This document shows, in pieces, positions 1 to 13,580 of a stretch of DNA of 64,000 nt; position 1 is the stretch's first letter, and each line of letters starts with the position of its first letter. The translations under genes were made by a program, and so were the position numbers. Location of the stretch: the NCBI GenBank assembly GCA_964016885.1, contig OZ024747.1, positions 23,622,001 to 23,686,000 on the forward strand. Reading direction: 5' to 3'. The notes beneath the pieces are model-generated. The model was not told the origin of the DNA. It saw nothing but the letters and a program-made list of their open reading frames with translations, and did not search any database. This DNA comes from Eledone cirrhosa. Taxonomy: Eukaryota.

Positions 1-412
1 CAAAGGGCCAGAGTAAATCTATGGAGAACTACATCATTCTGATGTCTTTTGTGAACTGATGTAAACTGCCTTAGATGGCCAAGGGCAGACTATTTATGAA
101 GATAGCATATCTTCTGACAATCTACAGATGACCTCTAGAGAACCATTTCTCCAGACAATCAATTATTATGGTAGGGTTTAAGTATGGACATTGGAAGATG
201 AACAGTAGTGTATCATAAAAGTTAAATGATCTGGCACATATACATATTCATCCAAAAATGTTGTATTGTTTTCATTATCAAAGCATCCTTGAATTACCAC
301 TAAATCCTCATCCTCATTGTGACATCATGACCAATGCATTATTTACTTCCAGTATTTTTTTGTTTATTTACACCATGCTAAGATGATTATCATGTCCTCT
401 TGATAATTGCAC

Positions 413-597
413 AAAATATTTTAACCAATCATGGTCTCTAAATCATTGCACATCAAAATATTTTAACCAATCGTAGTCTCTAAATCATTGCACATCAAAA
501 TAGTTTAACCAATCACGGTCTCTAAATCATTTCACATCAAAATAGTTTAACCAATCACGGTCTCTAAATCATTGCACATCAAAATATTTTAACCAAT
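413..597. repeat. 42-bp minisatellite, about 4.4 copies
   Basis: Unit aaaatattttaaccaatcatggtctctaaatcattgcacatc. Confidence 0.9.
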
Positions 598-712
598 GTT
601 GAAGCCTCACCAAATATTTGCTGCTTCTTTTTTCTCTGTTTTATTTTGTTGTTGTTTGGGGATTTTTTTAAAAGCTATCGACTGAAACATTAAACTCATC
701 TGTTTCTTACAT

Positions 713-881
713 CAGTGGTTCCCAAAGTGGGTTCCACAAAGGAGTGTCTGGGGTTCTGTGAAAAAGAAGGTAGAGGAGTATATTTATATTAAGACCATAT
801 AACAGTATCACACTTTAGGGTTCCCCCGAAAGTTTCTGAACCAAAAAGGGTTCTGCATTTGAAAAAGTTTGGGAAACCCTG
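713..881. mobile_element. hAT-type MITE
   Basis: TIRs CAGTGGTTCCCAAA / TTTGGGAAACCCTG, flanked by an 8-bp near-TSD tcttacat/ccttacat. Confidence 0.8.
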
Positions 882-1077
882 CCTTACATTATAAAATTAA
901 TTACTTTTTATTCCTGCTTGTTTTTGATGCTTCTTTTTCCTGATTTTTATTTTTCTCTATTTGGGGAATGGGGTTATCATTAAAATATTGGTGTAAACAA
1001 TACCTCTGGATTACCCAGGATTTAACTTCTATAAATACAATTCAAACCTATCCGAAAATAATCATTTGCCTCTACAT

Positions 1078-1826
1078 TTGTATGTATTCCTAGACCCGTA
1101 ACTATTGGTAATTGTATGTATACATGGACCTGTAACTATTGGTAATTGTATGTATTCATGGACCTGTAACTATTGGTAATTGTATGTATACATGGACCTG
1201 TAACTATTGGTAATTGTATGTATACATGGACCTGTAACTATTGGTAATTGTATGTATACATGGACCTGTAACTATTGGTAATTGTATGTATACATGGACC
1301 TGTAACTATTGGTAATTGTATGTATTCATGGACCCGTAACTATTGGTAATTGTATGTATATATGGACCCGTAACTATTGGTAATTGTATGTATACATGGA
1401 CCTGTAACTATTGGTAATTGTATGTATACATGGACCTGTAACTATTGGTAATTGTATGTATACATGGACCCGTAACTATTGGTAATTGTATGTATACATA
1501 GACCCGTAACTATTGGTAATTGTATGTATATATGGACCCGTAACTATTGGTAATTGTATGTATACATAGACCTGTAACTATCGGTAATTGTATGTATACA
1601 TGGACCTGTAACTATTGGTAATTGTATGTATACATGGACCTGTAACTATTGGTAATTGTATGTATACATAGACCTGTAACTATCGGTAATTGTATGTATA
1701 TATGGACCTGTAACTATTGGTAATTGTATGTATACATGGACCTGTAACTATTGGTAATTGTATGTATACATGGACCCGTAACTATTGGTAATTGTATGTA
1801 TACATGGACCTGTAACTATTGGTAAT
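1078..1826. repeat. 34-bp minisatellite, about 22 copies
   Basis: Unit ttgtatgtatacatggacctgtaactattggtaa, contiguous with no spacers. Confidence 0.95.
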
Positions 1827-2588
1827 CACTGAAAGAATACAATTGAGCACATCCCTCTTCAGGTGTGAACATGGCTGATTTCTTTCAGAGAAGGAGAGAG
1901 AGTATTAGAGAAGTGAAAAATAGATAGGTAAGAAGAATTAACCCCACTACTTGACTGGTACTTTGTTTATCAATCTTGAAAGGCTGAAAATCATAGTTGA
2001 CCACAATGGGATTTGAACTCAGAGTGCAGAGGTTCGGAATGAATATTGCAAAACTTTCTATCCGACGGTCTAACCACTTGACTAATTGACTGCCAACACC
2101 TCTACATTTCTTCTTTTTCATCTCCTTTTTCGTCTTCACTTACTTATTCCTGAGAAGGTTGTGGGGTTAAATCCTCAAACACACCTTCAATTGATCCAGC
2201 TGGATCCTCAAGCGAGACCAGTCAAGCTTCCATATCTTGCATTTGTTAAATGATTTCTACCCAATCTAGCTTTACATTGAATTTTTAAATGCTTTTCTTT
2301 TTTTAGTACCAGTTATATAACAAGGTTGATTCAATTAGCTATGCCATCACTTTCCTGCAAAAACTGGACTTTGTGTCAAATTAAAAGTATACCCTAGCAA
2401 AAAAAACACAGGCAAAGTGGTGTTATATAATGTTTTCTGAAATCAAAATGTGCCTGGGTATATTTTCTGTTATAACTAGATATTTGCCTTTTATCTTAAA
2501 AAAAACCATTAATATCACAACTTGCTATTTCTTCTCTACATCTATATACATCAGTGTAGTTTGTGTATGTCTCTGTTTAAGATATATA

Positions 2589-2679
2589 CCGTATTTCCTG
2601 GCACCGAAGACGCTTCATCCTTGAAGACACACCCTAATTTTAGGGAAAGAAGTAGCGTCTTCAACGCCAGGAAATACGA
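2589..2679. mobile_element. Small pogo/Tc1-type MITE
   Basis: ta|CCGTATTTCCTGGC..GAAGACGC ... GCGTCTTC..GCCAGGAAATACG; about 25-bp imperfect TIRs. Confidence 0.7.
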
Positions 2680-2833
2680 CATATATGTGTGGGTGTGTGT
2701 ACCACAATAAATGTATTGGATAATTTTTGTTGTTGTAAATCAATATTTATATATAAATGTATAGAGAGAGATGAATTTCAAATTGATTGTTTATGAATCC
2801 TTCTGATATTTTCTATTTATTATATTTATTTAG

Positions 2834-2959
2834 GCATCTGGAGTTGAGAAGAAAGAACATTTATATAAGATTCTTGTTATTGGAGAATTAGGAACAGGGA
2901 AGACAAGCATCATCAAACGTTATGTCCATCAATTCTTCTCTCAACATTACCGAGCTACT
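2834..2959 (+). CDS. RAB32: Rab32/38-family small GTPase, first visible coding exon (G1/P-loop)
   Basis: After ttag acceptor reads ASGVEKKEHLYKILVIGELGTGKTSIIKRYVHQFFSQHYRAT (126 nt, phase 0); donor is GTATCCTT (U12-type). The upstream start exon was not identified. Confidence 0.93.
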
Positions 2960-3529
2960 GTATCCTTCATATTGCTACATTATTTTTTTATGTTTAGAAA
3001 GCAAACATGTATGCATATATATATATACATACACATACATACCTTCACACATTCATGTATACATAAATACGTACATTTACATATGGTGGCTGCCAACTCG
3101 TTTTTGAGTACGGCCACTACTTTATATCCATGTAGGAGAACCCCTACCGATGCGCTGTGACTTTTTAGTCCAGCCAGCAACTTGAAAACTCTGGTACAAA
3201 CACTACACCTGTGACAATTATTGACACATAGTGCTGGGCCCTTGGTACCATGTGACGACAAGTGCAGAGAGATCTCCAGATATAAAGAAATGCCTGTGCC
3301 GTGAAGCTTTTATAGTGAGCAAAGGCACTGCAAAAAGCCAGTCCCACTCTCTTAACCAAGATGATATTTACCAAAAAGAAGAACAAGTCAACATCATTGG
3401 ATACCATCAGAGTTGCAGGTGTTACATCAGAGTTTTCCTTCTCCTAGAATTCTGCCTTGACAAAGGCTAAGGGGTCATCTCTCCTGGTGATTTTGGATGG
3501 CCATTGACTCTTAAGAGCTCCTTTGCCCT

Positions 3530-3948
3530 TTACATATACATACACACATTCACATATACATACATACCTACACACATTCATGTATACATACATACATACA
3601 TTCAAATATACATATATATATATATATATATACACACACATACATACCTTCACACATTCATATATACATACATACATACATTCACATATACATACATACA
3701 TAATACCTACACATTCACATATACATACATACACATTCACATATATATACATACATACATACACACACACATTCACATATACATACATATATACATACAC
3801 ACACACATTCACATATACATACACACATTCACATATACATATGTACATACACACATTCACCTATATATACATACACACATACATACCTACACACATTCAT
3901 ATATACATACATACATACATACATACATACATACATACATACATACAC
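3530..3948. repeat. Compound (CATA/CA/TA)n microsatellite
   Basis: Direct inspection. Confidence 0.9.
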
Positions 3949-4155
3949 AGACAAAAAATGGCCGTGATATCTGGCACCTTCAAATTTGCAAAACAATCTT
4001 GTGATTCAAGGGATGACAATTTCTTTTCTTTTACAACATTGCCGCCAGGAAGGTGGCCGGTCAAATATGTACTCGGAATTAATAGTAAGAGAAAACATAC
4101 ATATGTACATACATGTATTACATGTATGTGTATATATGTGTATGTATGCATGTAG

Positions 4156-4186
<31 letters not shown>

Positions 4187-4831
4187 ACGAATGGGAGAAA
4201 ATGGCTGAGGAGCGAGGAGACGTTTGATCAAGTCAGGTAGTGAACACTTTGAAACTCGTCGAGGAGAACACCTTACACTGAAAAGGAAGGTAAGGAAAGG
4301 AGACTGTTCTGAACTGCCTGCTGTTGAACATCGTCTGGTTTGCCAGCAATGTGGTTGAGTCTGCCTGAGTAAAGCTGGTTTGACTAGATATGAACAAAGT
4401 CATATCAGTAGACCTCAGGTAGATTATGATCTGAGAAGGTGCAAGGAATGTGGCATGGGAGGTCTCAAAAGGCACATGAGAACACACAGCCAGAACAAAA
4501 CAATGGAAAATCCCGGAGGAGCCTACACTTGTGTGTGCCAGAGGGTGCAACTCTTTGGCTGGTTTAAAGAGCTACATTCGTGCCTCACATTGTTTAGCAT
4601 TTTATCAGGCAATGTGTGCGTGTGTATGTATGTATGCATGTTTGTATGTTCATATATATATGTGTATGCATGTAGGTATATGTAGACATGTATATCTGTA
4701 GGTGTGTGTGCATGCATGCGTGTGTGTGTAACCATTTTATGTCTATCTTCCATGCTTGCATGGGTTAGACATATATTTCTTAGATAGATAGATATATAAT
4801 TCTTTGTATACAAAGAAATGTATATCATTAT

Positions 4832-5400
4832 TACGTCCCTTTACGATCTGAGTTCAAATCCCGCCGAGGTTGACTTTGCCTTTCATCCTTACGGGGTCGA
4901 TAAAATAAAGTACCAGTAATGCACTAGGTGATTGCTGGCCTTGTGCCTAAAGTAGAAACAATTATTATCATCGTGGATTGGCAGAATCGGTAGAGAGTCG
5001 GACGCCATGCTTTGCAGCAAAGAGTTACGGCCCTTTATGGTCTGAGTTCAAATCCTGCCGAGGTTAACTTTGCCTTTCATCCTTACGGGGGTCGATGAAA
5101 TAAAGTACCAGTAATACACTGGGTTAATTCCTCGCCTTGTGCCAAAAGTAGAAACAATTATTATCATCGTTTGAGGATGGTGGATTGGCAGTATCGGTAG
5201 GGGGTCGGACACCATGCTTTACAGCATAGAGTTACGGCCCTTTATGATCTGAGTTCAAATCCTGCCGAGGTTAACTTTGCCTTTCATCCTTATGGGGTCA
5301 ATAAAATAAAGTACCAGTCACACACTGGGGTCAATTTAATCGACTTTCCCTTCGCCCCTAAATTGCTGGCCTTGTTCCTATATAAGAAACCATTATTATC
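4832..5400 (+). mobile_element. Three head-to-tail copies of tRNA-derived SINE family 1
   Basis: A-box-like tggcagaatcggtag, B-box-like gagttcaaatcc, core tttgcctttcatccttacggggtcgataaaataaagtaccag and an (att)n tail, repeated three times. Confidence 0.85.
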
Positions 5401-5540
5401 CTCGTTTTTACATCCAATTTTCTGTGTTGCTCTGGACGGGATGTTTTTAGACAATGATCTACAGCCAGATATATCCTTCCTGACACTAATCCCTTTCAGT
5501 CACCTCTTACAACACACTGGGATATGGTCTACATGTGGCA

Positions 5541-5742
<202 letters not shown>

Positions 5743-5933
5743 GGTCTTTGATAAATTAAAATGAGAAAATGAGGTGCTAATTATAGAGAACACCCAACCT
5801 TCTCTGGTAAAAGAAGATTGTTGAAATAGTCTTATTTCAAATGATCAGAAGTTATTAACAACAAATTTAAAGTATGAAATTATTTTGTCTTTGTCTTTGC
5901 TTCTAACAATATTTCCTTAACTGGTGCCAACAG

Positions 5934-6012
5934 ATAGGTGTTGACTTTGCACTAAAAGTCATTAGTTGGGATTCTGACACACTTATCCGATTGCAACTAT
6001 GGGATATTGCAG
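5934..6012 (+). CDS. RAB32: Rab32/38 coding exon (switch I / G3)
   Basis: cag|IGVDFALKVISWDSDTLIRLQLWDIA-G|gtaaag. WDIAGQ (instead of WDTAGQ) and FALK are characteristic of the Rab32/38/29 subfamily. Confidence 0.95.
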
Positions 6013-6045
6013 GTAAAGTATATATTACTGTTCAGTTTAATATTG

Positions 6046-9000
6046 GAACATATCAGTTACACAGTAGAACACATTAGATACACAGTAGAACACATCAGTT
6101 ACACAATAGAACACATCAGTTACACAGTAGAACACATCAGTTACACAGTAGAACACATCAGTTACACAGTAGAACACATCAGTTACACACTAGAACACAT
6201 CAGTTACACAGTAGAACACATCAGTTACACACTAGAACACATCAGTTACACAGTAGAACACATCAGTTACACAGTAGAACACATCAGTTACACAGTAGAA
6301 CACATCAGTTACACAATAGAACACATCAGTTACACAGTAGAACACATCAGTTACACAGTAGAACACATCAGTTACACACTAGAACACATCAGTTACACAG
6401 TAGAACACATCAGTTACACACTAGAACACATCAGTTACACAGTAGAACACATCAGTTACACAGTAGAACACATCAGTTACACAGTAGAACACATCAGTTA
6501 CACAGTAGAACACATCAGTTGCACAGTAGAACACATCAGTTGCACAGTAGAACACATCAGTTACACAGTAGAACACATCAGTTACACAGTAGAACACATC
6601 AGTTGCACAGTAGAACACATCAGTTACACAGTAGAACACATTAGTTATATAGTAGAACACATCAGTTACACAGTAGAACACATCAGTTACACACTATAAC
6701 ACATCAGTTACACAGTAGAACACATCAGTTACACAGTAGAACACATCAGTTACACAGTAGAACACATCAGTTACACAGTAGAACACATTAGAATACATCA
6801 GTTACACAGTAGAACACATTAGATACACAGTAGAACACATTAGATACACACTATAACACATTAGATACACACTATAATACATGAGTTACACAGTAGAACA
6901 CATCAGTTACACACTAGAACACATCAGTTACACAGTAGAACGCATCAGTTACACAGTAGAACGCATCAGTTACACACTAGAACATATCAGTTACACAGTA
7001 GAACACATCAGTTACACAGTAGAACACATCAGTTACACAGTAGAACACATCAGTTACACAGAACACATCAGTTACACAGTAGAACACATCAGTTACACAC
7101 TAGAACACATCAGTTACACACTAGAACACATCAGTTACACAGTAGAACACATCAGTTACACAGTAGAACACATCAGTTACACATTAGAACACATCAGTTA
7201 CACACTAGAACACATCAGTTACACAGTAGAACACATCAGTTACACAGTAGAACACATCAGTTACACACTAGAACACATCAGTTACACAGTAGAACACATC
7301 AGTTACACAGTAGAACACATCAGTTACACAGTAGAACACATCAGTTACACAGTAGAACACATCAGTTGCACAGTAGAACACATCAGTTACACACTATAAC
7401 ACATCAGTTACACAGTAGAACACATCAGTTGCACAGTAGAACACATCAGTTGCACAGTAGAACACATCAGTTACACAGTAGAACACATCAGTTACACACT
7501 ATAACACATCAGTTACACACTATAACACATCAGTTACACAGTAGAACACATCAGTTACACACTAGAACACATCAGTTACACACTAGAACACATCAGTTAC
7601 ACAGTAGAACACATCAGTTACACAGAACACATCAGTTACACAGTAGAACACATCAGTTACACAGAACACATCAGTTACACAGTAGAACACATCAGTTACA
7701 CAGTAGAACACATTAGTTATATAGTAGAACACATCAGTTACACAGTAGAACACATCAGTTACACAGTAGAACACATCAGTTACACAGTAGAACACATCAG
7801 TTACACAGTAGAACACATCAGTTACACACTATAACACATCAGTTACACAGTAGAACACATTAGATACACAGTAGAATACATCAGTTACACAATAGAACAC
7901 ATCAGTTACACAGTAGAACACATTAGATACACACTATAACACATTAGATACACACTATAACACATTAGATACACACTATAATACATCAGTTACACAGTAG
8001 AACACATCAGTTACACACTAGAACACATCAGTTACACAGTAGAACGCATCAGTTACACACTAGAACATATTAGTTACACAGTAGAACACATCAGTTACAC
8101 ACTAGAACATATCAGTTACACAGTAGAACACATCAGTTACACAGTAGAACACATCAGTTACACAGTAGAACACATCAGTTACACAGTAGAACACATCAGT
8201 TACACAGAACACATCAGTTACACACTAGAACACATCAGTTACACACTAGAACACATCAGTTACACACTAGAACACATCAGTTACACAGTAGAACACATCA
8301 GTTACACACTAGAACACATCAGTTACACAGTAGAACACATCAGTTACACAGTAGAACACATCAGTTACACAGTAGAACACATCAGTTACACAGTAGAACA
8401 CATCAGTTACACAGTAGAACACATCAGTTACACACTAGAACACATCAGTTACACAGTAGAACACATCAGTTACACAGTAGAACACATCAGTTACACAGTA
8501 GAACACATCAGTTACACAGTAGAACACATCAGTTACACAGTAGAACACATCAGTTACAGACTAGAACACATCAGTTACACAGTAGAACACATCAGTTACA
8601 CACTAGAACACATCAGTTACACACTATAACACACCAGTTACACAGTAGAACACATCAGTTACACACTATAACACATCAGTTACACAGTAGAACACATCGG
8701 TTACACACTAAACACATTAGTTACACAGTAGAACACATCAGTTGCACACTATAACACATTAGATACACACTATAACACATTAGATACACACTATAACACA
8801 TCAGTTACACAGTAGAACACATCAGTTACACACTATAACACATCAGTTACACAGTAGAACACATCGGTTACACACTAAACACATTAGTTACACAGTAGAA
8901 CACATCAGTTGCACACTATAACACATTAGATACACACTATAACACATCAGTTACACAGTAGAACACATCAGTTACACAGTGAACACATCAGTTACACACT

Positions 9001-9990
9001 GAACACATTAGTTACACAGTAGAACACATCAGTTGCACAGTAGAACACATCAGTTACACAGTAGAACACATCAGTTACACAGTAGAACACATCAGTTACA
9101 CAGTAGAACACATCAGTTGCACAGTAGAACACATCAGTTACACATTATAACACATCAGTTACACACTATAACACATCAGTTGCACAGTAGAACACATCAG
9201 TTGCACAGTAGAACACATCAGTTACACAGTAGAACACATCAGTTACACAGTAGAACACATCAGTTGCACAGTAGAACACATCAGTTGCGCAGTAGAACAC
9301 ATCAGCTATACAGTAGAACACATCAGTTACACAGTAGAACACATCAGTTACACAGTAGAACACATCAGTTACACAGTAGAACACATCAGTTACACAGTAG
9401 AACACATCAGTTACACACCAGAACACATTAGTTACACACTATAACACATCAGTTAGACAGTAGAACACATCAGTTACACACTAAACACACCAGTTACAGA
9501 GTAGAACACATCAGTTACACAGTAGAACACATCAGTTACACAGTAGAACACATCAGTTACACACCAGAACACATTAGTTACACACTATAACACATCAGTT
9601 AGACAGTAGAACACATCAGTTACACACTAAACACATCAGTTACAGAGTAGAACACATCAGTTACACAGTAGAACACATCAGTTACACAGTAGAACACATC
9701 AGTTACACAGTAGAACACATCAGTTATACATCAGAACACATTAGTTATACAGCAGAACACATTAGTTATACAGCAGAACACATTAGTTATACAGCAGAAC
9801 ACATTAGTTATACAGCAGAACACATTAGTTATACAGCAGAACACATCAGTTATACAGCAGAACACATCAGTTACACACCAGAACACATCAGTTACACACC
9901 AGAACACATCAGTTACACACCAGAACACATCAGTTACACACCAGAACACATCAGTTACACACCAGAACACATCAGTTAAACACTAGAACA
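6046..9990. repeat. 21-bp minisatellite array, about 3.9 kb (roughly 190 units)
   Basis: Unit agaacacatcagttacacagt with recurring variants (cact, ctataac, ttgcac, 18-bp deletion units). Confidence 0.97.
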
Positions 9991-10136
9991 CTTCACATTA
10001 ATCAATAATTTGGATATATATATATATATATATCATCATCATCATCTTCGTTTAATATCCATTTTCCACGCTAGCATGGGTTATATATATATATAATATA
10101 TATTTGAAAATGTGTGAGATGCTTGGTGCAGTTAGG

Positions 10137-10358
10137 TATATTTGAAAAAAAGGAAAAGAATGACTTCACTTGTAGTGTTAAAAAATGTATGATTTAATGG
10201 TATAATATTATAATATCCAACTCATAATATTTAATGGTATAATATTATAATATTATACCATTAAATATTATGAGTTGGATATTATAATATTATACCATTA
10301 AATCATACATTTTTTAACACTACAAGTGAAGTCATTCTTTTCCTTTTTTTCAAATATA
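10137..10358. repeat. Perfect 222-bp palindrome (111-bp arms, no spacer)
   Basis: tatatttgaaaaaaaggaaaagaatgac...aatatta|taatatt...gtcattcttttcctttttttcaaatata. Confidence 0.92.
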
Positions 10359-10449
10359 TATATTTATACATAATCATCCTCATCGTCGCTTTACTCTCCG
10401 CTTTCCCTGCTAATATATATATATATATGTATATATATATATTATAAAA

Positions 10450-10855
10450 TCCTTGCAAATTCTTGGTCTTATCAGCCACAGTAAGATTTTGTTTAATCTG
10501 TATTCTGTAGGGTATTTCTTTAGAACCGCTGTATCACCTCTTCTACAAGTTTCTGTGGAGAGACCCAAGGATTGGCTTCTCTTAGTCAGTGTTCATTTTA
10601 AGCTCTGTTCAACAGACTCTTGGACCATATCATTAACTTCCAGTGTACACATTCTGGATTGTCCACGGTAGGTAGGACAGTCCTCAGATTTTGTATTGAG
10701 ATTCTCCACTGTCTCGTGGTCTCAAAATTCTTCATTCAGTTTTGTATATTGCCTTTGAAGGGAGACTTTTTTGGCTCCAAAAAATGCATAAAATTGCTCC
10801 TGGACCCTCTTGTGTGTACCACACAGAAAATTCAGTGCTGGAGCTTCCATTGGGG
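10450..10855 (-). mobile_element. Degenerate Tc1/mariner (rosa/DD41D-like) transposase N-terminal fragment
   Basis: Minus strand reads approximately ...VQESVEQS..T.TKRSQSLGLS.ET..R.....KKY/PYRIQIKQNLTVADKTK, resembling the HTH plus PYKIQ..Q.L...D motif; stops and a frameshift are present. Confidence 0.55.
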
Positions 10856-11518
10856 TCTTGTGGTCTTCTTAGACATTATATCTGCTATGTACTGAATTTT
10901 AAGGTTGATTGATAAGGAAATGAATATACAGTGAGACAAAACATGAGTGAGGACATTTTTTTAGTCAGCCTGTATGTATCTTACATTTAAATGGGATGAA
11001 TATACTATATATGTGTGTGTGTGTGAACTTACGAAAATGCTTGCTTGCATCTGACAAGGTATATAGATTGAAACCTTCATCAAATTCTGCGTATAACAAA
11101 GTATATGTTGTTCTCCAATAGAGAAAGTAAACAAAGAAATGTGTGCTCTTATGGAAGTTAGCTATGTAGCTGGTAGAAACACCACATGAAAAGTTGGTCG
11201 TGCTCAAACAGTAGCTTTATATACTTTCATAGGTATCAATTTACATGTATTACACCTGCAATTATATGTACACAAAGACATGTCATGAATTGATATGTGA
11301 TAATCTTTAGAAGTTGGCCTTTTAGAAACCTATTTGTTTTATTAGATTGGATGAAAACTGATATAAGTAAAGAGAAATATAACAAAAAAAAAAAAAAACA
11401 TTCATATATGTAAATCCTTCCTAATGAGGTTATCTAAAGTTTATCAAATATTATTTTATGTCAAGAAGTTTCTTAAATGCATTCTCTTTTTCTATCCTCA
11501 CCAAATGTCATGCACTTA

Positions 11519-13330
11519 TCATCATCCTTTTTATGTCTACTTTTCCTCACTTGCATGGGTTGGATGGGTTCTTTTCAGCATACCTTTTCCCCATAAGTGT
11601 TGCTTTGTCATCTCCACTGCGAGTTTCAGTGGTTTGAGATCAGTTCTCATCAACTCTGCCCAGGTCCTCCTTGGTCTACCTCTACTGCAGCTTCCTTCTA
11701 CTGGGAATTCCTGGCACTTCTTCACCCAGTGATCATCATCCATGTGCATCATATGCCCTAACAATGCATTCTTCTCTCTTGCACACTACATCTGATTCCT
11801 CTTAAATCTGATTTCTCTCTCAGTTTATTCAATCTCTGCCATTCTCTCACATTAACATTATACATCCATTGAAGCACGCTTGCTTAATTTCTTTCTAGCC
11901 TACACATGTCCCATGAAATCGCCACCATGTAGCATGGCACTTTGCACACAGGCGTCATATACCCATGTTTCGTTTGTAGGGTGAAACATTTTGTAGCTCT
12001 CTAAACTTCTTCCATCTTATCCTTATTCTAGCTATTATGCTATGGGAGCACCATCCTCCACTGCTATTTAGATCACCTAGGTAGCAGAAGCTATCAACCA
12101 CTTTTATGAATCCTCCATGTGATTTGAAAAGGCTTATATCACTGACACTCTTCCTATAGATTACCTCTGTGCATCTATTACATACAAAGTCTTCCTTTCC
12201 TGTTAGTCTGCCTGTTGTCCCACTACCCTTCTTGTGTGCTGAAGATTTGTATTGTGTACATTGTATAAAGTTTCTGCCTACTCCTTTTTTGAATATCAAA
12301 CAGAGCCACTTCCCTGGTGGAATCAGGGTCCTGTCTTCTTTCCTGCTTAACAACACTTTAGTTTTTTCTAAGTTTACTCTCAGCTCTTTTGATTGTAAGT
12401 TCTGTTCCTGCAGTCGGAACTTATTCTCTAGTTCTTCTATGGATTCAGTCATAAGAACCAAATCATTCACATAAAGAAGTTCCCAAGGACAACCAGTTTA
12501 AACTCCTCTGTTATGGCCTGGAGAACTATAATGGACTGAGGACTGAACCATGATGAATTCTTACCTGTACCTTGAATTCATCACTAAATTCATTTCCTAC
12601 TCTCAATTTACTTACACCTCGTCTATACATGGCTTGCATTGCTCTTACCAGCCACTTTTCTACACCAATTCCCTTAAAGACCAGCAGAGAATAGATCAAT
12701 GTACTCTGTCAAAAGCCTTTTCTACATCAACAAAAGCTAAATATAGTGCCTTATTCTTGGCTCGGAACATCTCTTATAGTTATCTAAGGAAAGGACATCT
12801 CTAGTACTTCTCCCTGGCATAAAACTGAACTGCATTTCATCTAATTTGACTCTTTCCCTGATTAGCTGTACTAGAACTCTTTCTGACACTTTCATAACTT
12901 GGTCCATTAGTTTCATTCTTTATAGTTTCACCTCCCTAGAGACCTTTTCCCATGTAGTAAGTTACGATTATCCTGCTGCACCAATCATTGAGTATGACTC
13001 CATCCTGTATTACCTTATTGACTATGTGGGTTACTAGTTTAGCTTCTTCTTCTCCCAATGCTTTTAGCAATTTGCCGACTATCTGTGATGGTCTTGTGGC
13101 TTTACCATTCTTCAACTCTTAGATTGCTTCCTTGACCCTATAACTATCAATTCCCAGGCCACTTTCTCTTGAACATCAGTGATATTAAATGCACCAGTGT
13201 CATTTCAAACATACCTTCCCCCAACCACATCGCAATTTACACTGACACATTGCCTTACAATGCAGAACACTTCACATCTCTGATCCTCATATTGCAAGAC
13301 ATTATCAAACCTTCTTTCAGTCTCTTTGCA
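11519..13330 (-). mobile_element. Degenerate RTE LINE in the Rab32 intron before exon 13399
   Basis: ORFs 11537-11764 (GRPRRTW) and 11955-12470 (NLEKTKV, FCYLG) are homologous to the 24.3-25.8 kb element; multiple stops and frameshifts. Confidence 0.88.
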
Positions 13331-13398
13331 TGTTATGTATATTTGTCATCTACCTTCTCACATGAATTAAAATAATTTTTTCTAAACATTAACTGCAG

Positions 13399-13580
13399 GT
13401 CAAGAACGATTTGGTAATATGACACGAGTGTACTACAAAGAGGCTGTTGGAGCCTTTGTAGTATTTGATGTAACAAGAGTGCCTACATTTGAGGCTGTGG
13501 TTAAATGGAAAAATGACTTAGACAGTAAAGTTCAATTACCTGATGGCAGCAATATACCATGTGTGTTACTAGCAAATAAG
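13399..13580 (+). CDS. RAB32: Rab32/38 coding exon
   Basis: tgcag|(G)QERFGNMTRVYYKEAVGAFVVFDVTRVPTFEAVVKWKNDLDSKVQLPDGSNIPCVLLANK|gtaagc; phase 1 entry matches the previous exon. Confidence 0.95.

Noticed and set aside
1-330. Faint resemblance to a Tc1 transposase (W..D...LDG-like patch)
   Set aside because: Too degenerate to support without a profile search.
1078-1826. 34-bp repeat array resembling CRISPR repeat length
   Set aside because: Units are contiguous with no unique spacers, there are no cas genes and the context is eukaryotic: a minisatellite.
1863-1927. Possible Rab32 start exon (ttcag|gtgtgaacATGGCT...tag|gtaag)
   Set aside because: The ATG frame ends in TAG just before the donor, so it cannot supply the N-terminus, and the donor overlaps a SINE remnant.
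6007-9970. Long ORFs with YTVEHIS / HSRTHQL repeats
   Set aside because: Translations of the 21-bp minisatellite. Read-through from the Rab32 exon frame stops at a TAG within about 65 nt, and there is no splice support.
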